A stretch of 64,000 nucleotides of DNA from Takakia lepidozioides (lineage: Eukaryota > Plantae > Bryophyta), in NCBI GenBank assembly GCA_030704615.1, contig CM060732.1, positions 51,832,001-51,896,000 on the forward strand, given 5' to 3'. Below the pieces are notes generated by a model. The model worked only from the letters and a program-made list of their open reading frames with translations, did not search any database and was not told the origin of the DNA. This document shows, one piece after another, positions 1-12,038 of the stretch. A program made the translations under genes and the position numbers. Each line of letters opens with the position of its first letter. Position 1 is the stretch's first letter.

Positions 1-1025
1 AGATGCATTCTTATCGCGCTGTGTCTCAAAAGGTTACGGGGTTGTTCCTTACCTCCCCTAAACTTCCAGTCGGTATACGTTCTGTGTGACCAAATGGTCT
101 ATCCCGGAACAATTCTTTACTGGCTACAGGATTTCAGTGAAGTGTCTAGTTTTACCATTCGGCCGACCATGTCTCAATAAGCGGAGTTCTGCCATCTAGG
201 AGAAGCTCGTCCAATCTAAAAACTGACGTTTTTCTTCTAATTTCTACCTCTCTTGCGGCAATGGCAATTATTCCAGCTCAAATACTCGGACGACTCACAT
301 GTAGCGATTTTTGTCACATATTGGTTGTATTTGCTGTTTTATTGACCCACAATTGCATTTTTCCAACGGCGCCAGTAAATTATCCCAGGATTGTGCTTAT
401 TTGTCTACTTGGTAAGTTGGCAGTGATGACTGTGTTGGGTGCTGTGGTTGAGTGAGCAGGGCTCAATGAGGGTTCAACGACACAACCAAATGCAAATCCA
501 CCTTATTCGGTCTTCTGTGAAGCCAGTAAAGGTGTGACCCCTTTCCCTCCCTCTCACTGGAGAAACTAAGAGATGTAAGAGCTGCATGATCTCTTTAGGA
601 GAAGGGGCTGGTGGGGACCATGGCTGCACGAACCGGGCATATTCCCTCTGTAGTGTACTGGCAAGGAAGGTGTAATGCCATATGAGATTTTTGTGAATTA
701 ACACGATGTCTAGAGGAAGGCTATGATGTCTTTGGTGGGTCTAGCCTTCAAGCTTCAAAGTGAATTGGGGGTGTACCTGAAGTGGCAGGAAAGGCTTTTC
801 GGTAGCAACATCACTCTGGTCCCACCGTTGCCTTTGCTTTGAGGGGTTGAACCTCCTGCAATCATTCCCTGATGTTTGATTCTGGTGGGACTTTTACTTT
901 AGATAGCTGTGAGGGAGTTCTTGAGACGATCACTTGGCTTTCACTGCATCCTGATCAGTGGGCCTCCTGTTTCACAATCTAGTATTCTCACATTTCTGAG
1001 GGTTCATAACCATGGGAGGGTGCAG

Positions 1026-2354
1026 AATGGTAGGCAGGGAAGAAAACAAGAAACAAGGTTGCTGTCCGAGGTGGCTCTGCCTGCCCTTGCTTTAGCAGCT
1101 CTGTACAGCAAAGAGGTTATAACTGTGCACTCCGATTGGCGGCTTTCTGAAAGATCAATCAAAGATCTATGTATGTTCCCATTCTGTCTGTTTTGCATGC
1201 CCATGTGGTGATAGGTTCTGAAAGATCTGGATTTGATAATTATGTTGAAGATGGTCTTCATTTCTTTGTGCAGCCCTTTCCAGGTCTCACAATGCAATAA
1301 TGTGTTGCTGTACAAGTTTGTATGGATGCTTCTGAAACAGCTGAAATGTGTGCACCACTATAATGACTTGCATGTGCATGCATTTTCTAGAAAATTGTCT
1401 ATGACTGGAAGTTCAACCACAGTGGGTGGTCTTAATAAGGGGGCTTATTTGCTTGTGGTCCAAGGCAGCAATTGGAGCTTTTGGCAACGGGAAATCTAGG
1501 TGGGAGCATCTTGTAGTGACATGTTATTTGGTTAGTATACAGTTGAGTGAGGCAAGGGTTGTGTATTGGAGGGTGTGGCAGACATGTTCATCTCAATTGC
1601 CTTTTGCTGGGGCTGCTGTGTGTTTGGCTCCATGAATGTGAGTATTTGTTCTCTCCTCGAAGAACCTTCTACGACTCGTGTTATTCTAAAAGCCCCAATG
1701 AAAACCACTTCAGAAATAGTTTGCAAAATCGATTACGCTTTGAGAGATTGCACCAGCTGCCTGATGAGAGGATGAAAGAGATGGATGGGATAAAAGTAGG
1801 TGGCCGCTACTTTCTGAAGTATAGTTTAGGGGATGAGACCTGAAAAGAGAGTTCTGTGGCTGGAGGAATGAGAGGGCTGTGGGTGTGGTCTGATGGCTTT
1901 TTGACTTGACTGGCAGGATCCATTCTATGACAGTGATGAGTACCGTGATGCTGGGGGAAATGGAACCCAGTTCTGGATGTATGACAGGGTAAGGAATTCC
2001 ACCCAGAACATCTGTGCGCGAAGGGGATCTGGAGTGCCTTTGACAAGTTACACATATTGTCCTTCCATTTGAGAAACGACTTGCAACCTGTGTAGTTGAT
2101 TTTCTTTGAGGGATGTGCTTTGCTGGACTTTGTTGCCAGTATATATATCTAGCGGACTGGAGGGGGAAAATCTAAATGATCTGGCCCTATGAGTGTGTCT
2201 AAGTGATATTGGTTGGCTGCAGGAGGAGGTGGAGGAGGAAGAGGCAAGGGAGGAGCTATGGCGCGATGACCTGGTGAAGGAAATTGAGAGCAAAGTTGAA
2301 GAGATGCGCGAGTTGGAAGATGCTGACAAGGAGAAGCAGAAGGAGCTTGTCTGA
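1026..2354 (+). CDS. Multi-exon gene for a small protein with hydrophobic segments and an acidic coiled C-terminus (5' end not resolved)
   Basis: Five AG/GT-bounded exons (1026-1115, 1391-1421, 1582-1637, 1757-1795, 2223-2354) splice in frame: NGRQGRKQETRLLSEVALPALALAALYSKE-KIVYDWKFNHN-MFISIAFCWGCCVFGSMN-LPDERMKEMDGIK-EEVEEEEAREELWRDDLVKEIESKVEEMRELEDADKEKQKELV*. Confidence 0.7.
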
Positions 2355-4431
2355 AGGTACATACATGCTGGCCATAGCTTTCTTACCTTAATCCTCACAA
2401 ACAGAGGGTGTGTTGTCCATCTCTGGTTTCTTTATGTTGGGGTCCCATGTTTACTGGCTAACCTTGCAGAATGGAGGAAACATGTTTACGTAGAATGCCT
2501 GGAGCTTCACTGTTTGTAGACATGAGATAACAATCAGGACATTCAGGCTCTCCAGGATTGCCAAACAGAACTGGCAATATAGAAGAACCTTACCACCGTG
2601 CCGAAACAAGTGGCCATCATGGTGTCTCTTCACCCCGAAAGGGGCCACTGCTTTCCTTTTGGAAGGTGGACAAAGAATCTTACATATTCAATCTGTACAG
2701 GGTTACAGGCATGAGGCGTCAAGAAAGGGCCATGCCTACAGGGAAACACATGGAGCACATGGAGTGTTGTGAACATGTTCTTGACTGCGTAGATCTGTTC
2801 AAGACAAATCAAACAGCTCTTTCAGAACATTGTACAAAGTATATTTGCTTTTTCAAAAGGATAGGCTACAAAAACATGAGCTTGTATCGAAGATCTAGTT
2901 GGATTTTGTTGACAAAGACATGTTTGCTCTGCTCACATGGCTGTAAACTAGTGATAGGGGAGGTGTTAGCTGGTGGAAGTCTAGAGTAGAAGATAATATA
3001 TTCAACCGACTGTGGAGTGAAGGTAGCCAAATAGAGTGCAATGTTAACCTTAAGATGGTCACTCACTAGGTCTCAGTCAGCCAAGATCACGAAGGCTTTT
3101 CAACCCCCTCATTGGATGTGCATTATTGATTAATTGCTTGATCAGAAGGATAATTACACCTCAATGCACATTTAGCAAGAAATTCGACAGCACTGAATTT
3201 AGTAATTCCAGCAGCTTTGGTTTCTTTCCATGATAACGTTGGCAAGTGAGCTGAACGGGTTACGCATCAGGATTTTAAGTGACAGTTGCTAGGCAGGATG
3301 TTGTAGTTGCTTTCAGTACATTCAAAAACACCTTTGAGGGCGGGGCCGCATTGTGGTGGTGGTCAATGATTGGGCTAATTTTAGGTTTTGGCCAGCAGCA
3401 TGGCCTCACTTAAAAACTCCCAGTGGCACTGCTGGATGCACATTATGAGTGGCCACATTTGAGAACGACATCTTAGCTCATCCCAAGAATAGTGACTGGC
3501 CAAAAGGAGGTTTCAAGTTTCGACTGTTATGCCAGCCACCTTTCCAAGTGCGCAACCTTATGCCTAGTCCAGTGCTGGCAGAAATAAAGGAGGGATAAAT
3601 CATTTTAGCTGGTGGGTACTTTACACAAAGGTTAATTAGAGCCTGTCAAATCATCCTGAGTAGCACCCAAAGCGATTTTTGCTTGTTTCATGATGTGTCT
3701 CTATGATCACAGATTGCATTCCATCTATCATCTCGGTGGAGAAGTCATACCAAGGCTACTACACCAGATCCCATCAGAACTCTGAAGTTAAGGCCTTGGG
3801 GGCAGAATGGATGATCTCAGGTCGGAAATGTAACAGAAGACAAGGCCTCATTATCACCCTCTACTCAACTTGCCTGTGGACCATACTCAATAGTGGTACA
3901 TGATGAGTTCCATTTAGGTTGTGAATCTGCTCATGATGAATGTGAATGCTGGCAGGTGTTGATTCTCAACTAGAATTTGCTTTGTGCAAGTACAAATATG
4001 TAAGAGATACACCATAATAGATGGAGGACTTTCAGTTTTTATCTGTGAAATAAGCTACTGATAGCAAGAATATCAGGAAGAGGGTGAAAGAGAAAGAAAG
4101 CAAACAAGAAGAAAACTTACATCGTCAACACAGACCCTAAGGACCCTTGGGACAAAGTAGTACAGCCACAGAACCACATCAAAAGACTCATGTGTCAGGT
4201 AGAGACAAAGTAACTGCTGCAGAGAGACACAGAGCAGTCTATCTCCAATGATATGGCTGTGTCAATGCTGTACCAATACCAAGTATACCTATACCCAAGC
4301 CTACTCAAAACTTGTATGTGATGCTTTTAACTTCAGCTATGAATCTGCCCATGGTGCCCATAATTTTGGCATTGTTGGAGCTTATCCTCCATTAACACTT
4401 TGACTGCAAGCATCCCAGGCAAAGAAAGAGA

Positions 4432-4498
4432 GAGATTGTACTCATAAGATGTTGTATGCCGTAGCCTTGTGGCCATTGACCCCGCGCACAGTTTGAGC
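4432..4498 (-). mobile_element. ~65-nt stand-alone copy of the LINE 3' terminus
   Basis: Reverse complement of 41311-41375. Flanked by the 14-bp direct repeat GGCAAAGAAAGAGA (4418-4431 / 4499-4512). Confidence 0.85.
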
Positions 4499-4526
4499 GG
4501 CAAAGAAAGAGAAATGAAATGGAAAA

Positions 4527-4559
<33 letters not shown>

Positions 4560-5172
4560 GGCTCTTGATTGGACTTCACCTACACTGACAGGTCAGACTC
4601 TATTTTGTGGCGTTGGGATGCAGGGGGGAATCTATTACCCAAGAAGAATCACTGAAGGACATTCTTATACCCGACAAAAGACTATCAGCAGCAAGATTAG
4701 TAAGAACATTTATAAACTTCTCAGGGCTCCATAATTTTTTGGTAACCCAGTTCAAATATTTTGCCATGCTAAACCAGTGACGAAGATGGTTTGGAGGGAT
4801 GGTCTCCTTTCTTCCCTCTGCTACGTATTTGATGGCTCTGCATATTGTACAAAGGAGGCCTGCATATGTTCAGGTAACTCTACAACTTGAGACCGAGACC
4901 AAGGCAATTAGGTAGAATTCATGGTACCAGCCGCTGGAATGCTTGTCAGACACTCTTTGTGGTTATGAGTTGACCGTAGAGACCAAAAACCTTGGCAGAT
5001 TACTAACTGACCTTTATGACCTTGGAACATGCCACTCAACCTTGACAAGGTATTACCTCTGTCGGTCGTCGAGTCCTTCCTTGCAGTGTTTTGTCACAGC
5101 TACCCTCGGAGAGTCCAATGTGAGTAAACCACTCTGCAATGTTCAAATACTCCAATTCGCTGATGATTACTC

Positions 5173-6047
5173 TTAGGGTGGAGGACTGCGGCCAGTGTCC
5201 TTGGTCACATGACGCTGTAACTCGGGAGCTGAGAGAGGCTCTGATGGACCTGAATGAGAAGCTATTCCCCGCGGCGTTGCCCATGCAATGAACATAGGTA
5301 AACTATCTCCAGGCATAAGCACCGGCAAACTAGTCTCCTGCAGAGACAATTTTCATTTGGACCCATCAATCGAAACTCTATAGATAACTTGAGTACCCTT
5401 CAACAAATCAGTAAACAAAACTGCGATACACATGATACATTCTCTTCTTCTGCGTCTTTTCTCTCTCTGCCCTCCCAAACTGGGCGCGTGGTCTATGGCC
5501 ACAAGGGTACGGCAAACAACGTCTTATGAGTACATCTCTCTCCAGCCCCCGAAGAAACATAGTCATTTTACAGGCCTTTCATCGAGCAGTGGTGTTGCGT
5601 GGCTAAATAACTAGACACGCACCAGCTGCTCGGTTGGGATGCTCTTGCAAGAAAGGTAGAAACAATACACACCAGCTCCGTAGGCTTCGCTTTCTCGGGA
5701 GACAACCTCTGCCCCTCAACACCTGGCCGCGCTTGCTCATTCCCAGCAGTACGTGCCGAACTACCAGTAGAAAAATTTGAGGTCTCTCTCTCACCATTTG
5801 CCTGCCTCAAGGCTTGACTTCGAGCGTGGTTTCGAAGCCGCCACTCCCAGTGGTAGCAGCAGGAGAAAAATGCTCCAACTCCAAACACCATCAAAACAAC
5901 AATAGCTGTTCCTAGGGGAAAATGAACTCGGGAAGCCTGTCTGTGCATGGGAGGGGATTCATATCCAGGCACACTCGCCCTATTAATCTCCACTAACATC
6001 CGCCGGCTCTCACTCCATGCACAGGCCAAAGCTGGTGAATTTTCCAT
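5173..6047 (-). CDS. At5g65660-like single-TM protein, 2 exons (6047-5673, 5337-5173)
   Basis: Exon 1 has FPLGTAIVVLMVFGVGAFFSCCYHWE. Exon 2 has SLPVLMPGDSLPMFIAW. The GT-AG intron keeps the frame. Confidence 0.85.
5471..5534 (+). mobile_element. Second stand-alone LINE 3'-terminal fragment (intronic)
   Basis: CAAACTGGGCGCGTGGTCTATGGCCACAAGGGTACGGCAAACAACGTCTTATGAGTACA matches 41315-41374. Flanks are a degenerate TCTCTCTC..GCCC repeat. Confidence 0.8.
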
Positions 6048-7929
6048 TGCATTTGTTGCTGTTCCTCTAGATACCTGCTCTACACTGTGCGAGTCTTCAA
6101 CAACTTAACTGTTAGCTATATTCCTTCAGTGAAGCTGTGCCATCTCCACAGGGCAACGAACAGACAAGAACCACAGCACAGTCCTTCTCCATGTAGGGTA
6201 GATTCAGGACACCGAGCTGTGCAACCCAAAAGCCTGCTGGTCGAGCTGCGCTCCAGCAGCGTGCCTCTACACTTCTTGAACCACCTCGGAAACACAGACC
6301 CAAGTAGAAGTGGGTGACAGAGGGCTAGCACTGCAACGAGCCACCTGAGAAACTCAAGATAATTAAGGAGCAGGATGCACTGATGAGAGACTGATGAAAG
6401 AACCGGCGTCCAGTCTTGAAACGTGACAGCAGGAGCATAGCCAAGGTCCTGGATCCGGGGTCCACTGTCCACTGGTCTCCTGCCATGGGATTCCTTGGAC
6501 TGTGATTCGTTCCCTGCTGCTACAACCTCAGTGGCCCGTGAGCCTGCACGCATCCCACTGGGCGTGCCGCCTTCATTCATTCTATCTCTATATGTAGAAA
6601 TCACACGTCTTCTGTATTCTTGCTTTTGTACTTGTTTCAACTAGACTTCAAGTCCAGTAACATTGAGTGGCCACAGCAAAGCCCTCCTCCAGATGTTAGA
6701 TCGTTTGATTTGCTTTTTCGTCTTTATAGTTCCCTTGGGTTTTACTTCTCCAAACTGGGGACCAAACTGGGCATGACTTCAAGGATAACTTAGTTAGAGC
6801 TTCTCTTATACAGTCACTCATTTGGGTGTTTTATAAAGCTTTCCAGAGTCTTGTGTACTGACAGTACCTACTGAGTAAGTATCAGAAGTGTGTGCACTTA
6901 TTACTATACTTGCCAGCAAGTGGGGCATGGAATCAAAACCTTGTCGAGATGGTCCCACCTCTTAAGATCAAAGTGCCCCGTCACAAATCTAACACAAAGG
7001 TTCCTGCCGCTTCTCTAAGCACTTCTGCATCCTTTGTCCAATCCATCGTTACCTCCCTGCAGGTTTGCAGGTTTGCAACTTGCAGACTTGCCAGACTCCA
7101 AGATCCATGCCCTCTAGCCTCTCACCCATGCCTTCACCGCCGGCCGTTTCCTGGGGCCAAATGAGATGGAGGGATGGATGTGCTTAAACTGGCTCGGAAC
7201 GGAAGGTGCTCACTTCTCACTTCTCGCCCCTTCTACATTCAGTCAAGATACCACTCTAGAACACTTGCAGCGGCTGTGATATACTTGATATCAGAAGCAT
7301 CCTGTAGGCTGCACAGTAATCCAAACGCTGCATGTGGAGCTTGACTCTCCATCACAAGTTTTCGAGGAAAGAAGGAGAAGGAGGAGAAGGAGAAGTCGTG
7401 AAAGGGAGGCTAACAGGGCCCATGGAGAAAATTACTCGCACCCAACAAAAAAGCAACTCTCAATGGTTGCAAGAAGACGGAATAACCTGCTAAGCTTCAC
7501 TTGGGCTACGAGCATGAATGACGGCCGATCTGCTGGGGAGGAGGAATATGTAAAAGACGGATCTTCCCGGATATTGAAGTAAGGAACCCAACAAGAAATG
7601 ATGGGTGAGAAATGTTGAGTCAGAAAATGAGAATGGAGACAGAGGGAATACTCGGTTCATTAATAGTCGTAGGCCTACCGACGTCTGTTGGCCCGTTTGA
7701 GTACTCTTTGATGTTGATCGCGTGCGCTACAATTGAAAGGGAGGATACCGAAGAAGCGGAACTGCGCCAGAGAGAGAGCTTGGAAGGGATGCGCAAGAAC
7801 GTCGCAAGGTAGAAGCTTGAGAGGAAGAGCTGCAAGGATGCACTAGAATCAATCTGGAAATGACAGAGATTCTGAGACTATCTTTTTTTTATTGGACTAT
7901 CTGTGAAAATTGTTGCAGAAAGAAGGAGC

Positions 7930-10140
7930 GTGGCAAGCGAGGCTTGGCAACAACCACCAGGGAGTTCCCAGTGGAGATGCGAAGGTTCTCCTAGCCTCCG
8001 TTAGATCCAAGTCCTCGGGGAGCAGTCCTGGCGATGGTGCCCACTCAAATGCTTGCACAAATTATCACTGCAGTCGTGTGTTGAAGCAGCTGCAATACCA
8101 GACTACATATCCTTCTGCCGTATCCAAATGTAAGCAATTTGGAGGGTCAGAGCTCAAGAAACGGTCGGGATTGAATTGGTGCACAGGGCTTGTCCCAGTA
8201 TGCAGGGTCCCGATGAACCGCCCATGCGTTCACCAAAGACATGGTGTTTGCAGATACGTGGAACCCAGCTAGAGTCGTTGCGTGCTCTTTAACTTTAGGT
8301 ACCGTTAGCGAAGATGTCGGGTGGAGGCGAAGAGTTTCTTTCACGAATGCGGGAGGGCAGATTTGGAATGTCTGCTTCCTCCACACATCGGTCGGTGCCC
8401 ACTTACACTGGCAATCTCCTGTCACATTGTGGCGACGATGGATGGATTATGCACTACTTCTGCGAGCAACCACTCTAAACCTTTGCGGTCGACTCGTAGC
8501 CTGCGACTAGCACGTCCTGCAACATAGCAAAGGGCAAGTTTTAAGACATCAAGATTGTCAGCAGATAGAAGCGAATTAAGTTTCCAGAGATTTGAAATGA
8601 AAAACTTTGACCACTTGAGACCTTCGTAATTGGCTTACACCTTAGTACTAACTCTATCAAATAGGTAGCTGGTTGCCAGTCCTGAATCCTGATCCAATGT
8701 CTTCAGTAATCTGTACGAAAGAGAATCAATTGTGAAGTTGCAGTTGAGAAGCTCGAATGCTAATAAATCCTTTGTTCTACAATTTCGGCCATATAGGGTA
8801 ACTGTACCTATCATTGCCCATTTAAGACTTTGAGAAGCCATAACTTGTTCATATGATCATATTATGGTGCGAAATTTGGACCTAGGGGGAGGTTGGCAAG
8901 TTGGCTTCAAAACCCAATTTACGAAATTTACAAAACCCAATACACTGCATTTGAAGTGTTGGGCACAACGAGCCTATATAATCTTCGTAAAACCAAGTAT
9001 CATTGCCCCTATCATTGCACACCATTCGCAAACCCCTAAGCACGGTCGACGGGTGCGCGTCGACGGGTGTACAGTGATAGGCGCTGGGATGCGCAATCAT
9101 AGGGGTTTGCGCTGTCCACAGGTGCGCAATGATAGGGGCTGGGGGTGCGCGATGATAGGGGTTTGTGCAATGATAGGTACAGTTACCCTAGCTGAACTTG
9201 AAATGAAGTGACAGTGTGGGAATCGAAGGGTTTTCTGGCAGATTACCAGAATAATAGTCAAAGCTTTTTCAGAGATCCCTTCCTCGGCTTGAATTGATCA
9301 ATAGGAGCACGTCGACAAAAAAATTTCTACCCGCTCAGCATCCTTGGCTGCGTTAGGGAACTCCTGTGATCGTCGACCACAAGCGCCAGAAACTTAGCCA
9401 TCCGATCACACTGAGACTTCAGTTCGCCATCCGATCCTAGACATCTCAGGGCTGCATGTACAATACTAGTTTGCTAGCGGTCTCAACTACCTCTGAGGCG
9501 GCAACAAAGAAATCGTTCAATTTAGCGGTATCGTTATCAGATGATGCCCCCCCAACACTTTCCAAATATCATTCGCGAGAACACACTAATTGGTAGCTTC
9601 TGGTATAAAGGTCGAACCGGGAGTTGTTGTTTTACAGTGGATCCAAGAATCTCGCAGCTCGAAGTGCTTTCATTGGAGAATTGGACATGAGGTGTTTCAC
9701 CATGAGGTACGCCAGGTATCACCATGAAAGTCAAATCCCATGTACTTTCCTACGATGTAACGAGCTCGGCATGAACTCAATATCATGGAACTTGATGAGC
9801 TCTCTAGCCATCGCAACAGTTGACATCATAAGGGTATTGGAAGTTCCAAGCTTTAGAAACATGAGGTGTTTCCGCCTTCTCAGCTTCAGCAAGACTGCGG
9901 AGATGTTGGCGCCCCCAACACAAGTGACGACAATGGCTGTCTCATTCTCCATCTCGATTGATGCCATGGACTCCGCCGGAGGCTAACTTCCTGCATGCTA
10001 GAAAAAGCTCTCTTCTTTTCTCACAATTGCGAAGAGGGCTTCGTCCTAGGGATTTATTGGAAGATTGGAAGAAGGGGTGCGTGCTGCACATGAATATCTG
10101 GATTGGTCCCACATTGGGTTCCCTTTTGTCAGGCAAGATC
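7930..10140 (-). pseudogene. Cytochrome P450 (A-type/CYP71-clan-like) pseudogene
   Basis: Motifs in order: FLKLGTSNTLMMS..ARELIKFHD, I-helix DVLVAGYEST after an intron acceptor near 8517, KETLRLHP, AVHRDP, FNPDRFL, heme FGYGRRIC, C-terminal VVAKPRLP. Multiple frameshifts and stops. Confidence 0.85.
8796..9188. mobile_element. MITE with ~22-bp TIRs and TA flanks, inside the P450 intron
   Basis: TA|GGGTAACTGTACCTATCATTGC ... GCAATGATAGGTACAGTTACCC|TA. Internal (CCT)ATCATTGC repeats. Confidence 0.85.
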
Positions 10141-10193
10141 TAATGAAGCTGAGGCCTAGATATTAGTGAGTAATTCTAGTAATAGTGTAGGAG

Positions 10194-10646
10194 CGCCTCA
10201 GAACTTTGTGTGGCCTCGTCGTAATGAGGCCGCAGGGTGCAGAGGGGACAGGACCTGACAGCGGCCCCGCTACATTAAAAGGATCCCTTTTCCCGTGTTT
10301 TTCTTATATATCGAAAAAACGTCCGATTGTTGGCACGGCGGAGGTTGGGGTCTGGTGGTAGATCGATGGCGATGTGGCGATACAGGTCTTAGGTTTCACT
10401 CCCTGAACGTAGCTCCGGTGGTTGGCGGCAATTACTGTATCTACCTCCAAGGTAGTTCAGCTAGGTTTTGCAACCTTCATGTAAAAAATCCTAAAACTAC
10501 CTGCGTGGAGGTAGTTGTAAAATTCATATGCCAAAAAAATTCTAAGTCCTTGACGCATGAAGGTAGTTTGCTCCTATATTAATGAGACGGCCTGACGGTT
10601 GTCTGACCAGCCTCATAACGACGAGGCCACACAAAATTCTGAGCCG
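10194..10646. mobile_element. MITE with ~37-bp TIRs and a 7(-8)-bp TSD
   Basis: CG(C/G)CTCAGAAYTTTGTGTGGCCTCGTCGTWATGAGGC is inverted at both ends. GTAGGAG at 10187-10193 and 10647-10653. Confidence 0.85.
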
Positions 10647-12038
10647 GTAGGAGCTTGGAAGCCTCACATCCGACACAGTAATCTCGTGACATAGGTTGGG
10701 CTGGAGGGCTTGGGTCTTGGCAGTGTGGTTCATGAATTCGGTACGTAGTTGGATACAAGTGTGCCCACTATCATCCTATCTATCTTTCTATATATATACG
10801 AGCATTCAATGAAAGAATGGCTCAAAGTAAGAATGTGTTTGTCAGTAGATCAAGCTTGGCACATGAAGAGGTAGCTGCACACTTCTCACTTAATCCACCC
10901 TAAGATACATACCAACAGTCCTCTTCATTGGCTGCACTAGTACTACAAAGATAATGCCACAAACTTGCCATTCTGATCAACCACATCCACAGCCAAAAAG
11001 CTTAATTATGTGCTCATCAATACAATTCAAGACAACCTTCACAATCAGATTGTAGTGCTGTGACTGACTCAGCTGTGAGTAATTCAACAATGTAGAAGTA
11101 TGTGAATGGCCAAAGAGAGAGGTATGCAAGGCCAACAAAAGAGAATAAAAAAACCAACTTTAGGAGCGTGCTAGGGGGAACCATAGAAATTGAAATCCAC
11201 ATGATCCCCATACCAACTTCTTAATGTAGGTGAGGACGAATCAACGGTCAGGCTCGCGTCTGGGGATGTCTTCCATGAAGATCCTACAACCTTAAAGCCA
11301 CATCTCCGTTCCATAATGCCAGTCACTCATCGGGAGATTGTACATCAAGTGGGCTAATCACCTTCCATGCGACAATTACAGACTTCAGGCTAGCCCTTGG
11401 ATGACCAGCAGGCCACAATTCTAACTGCGATTGAGGACCACTTGTAGCCATTATCTACTTGCCCATCCTTCAGTATTGCATATAGTTACGAAAAGAATTC
11501 ACATGCTTCGATTAGGAGACACTAGAGTTCAGCAAAAGGAGGACAGGCACGGGATCTGCAGCAAAAGGTAACAACTCAACCTGGAAAGAAAGGGCATGTC
11601 TCCATTAACCCCTCCTTTGACCTATTCCCGGGTAGAGCACCGGCAAGTCATGAAAGAGGCCTAGTGATGTTGCCAGAACCTGCTCCTCCGCTCCTCATGA
11701 GGGACTGGAGGAGCAGGTGACATCAGGCAGGGCACATCGCAACATACTGCAGCAGACCAAAACAAAAGTCAGCAGGCCAGGCAGCTTCTCTGCATGTCCC
11801 TGAGCCAGTTACTCCCACTTGCCACCTTTTTTGCATTTTCAACCAGTTTGGTGCGGAGGATCAAGGCAAGGTCATTGGGGACCCAACTGCGCCCCTTTCC
11901 CACACCAAAATACTGGGTCAACAGAGGTGCCCAAATTGTAGGCAGTCATCAGCATTGATCCATGTACAACAAATTGAAGTTTTGACCACTTCTACAATTA
12001 TGCCCCTAAATAAAAAACGGGCTCAGAATGTGGTGCAA

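Noticed and set aside
6116-6640. 174-aa minus-strand ORF upstream of the At5g65660-like gene
   Set aside because: No recognisable motifs and a non-ATG start. Probably UTR or intron sequence.
7330-7840. Purine-rich, coding-looking stretch
   Set aside because: No sustained ORF or identifiable family.
11690-11770. Possible gag zinc knuckle (..HQAGHIATYC) on the plus strand
   Set aside because: The first cysteines are missing or replaced by a stop, and no other retroelement motif is recognisable nearby.
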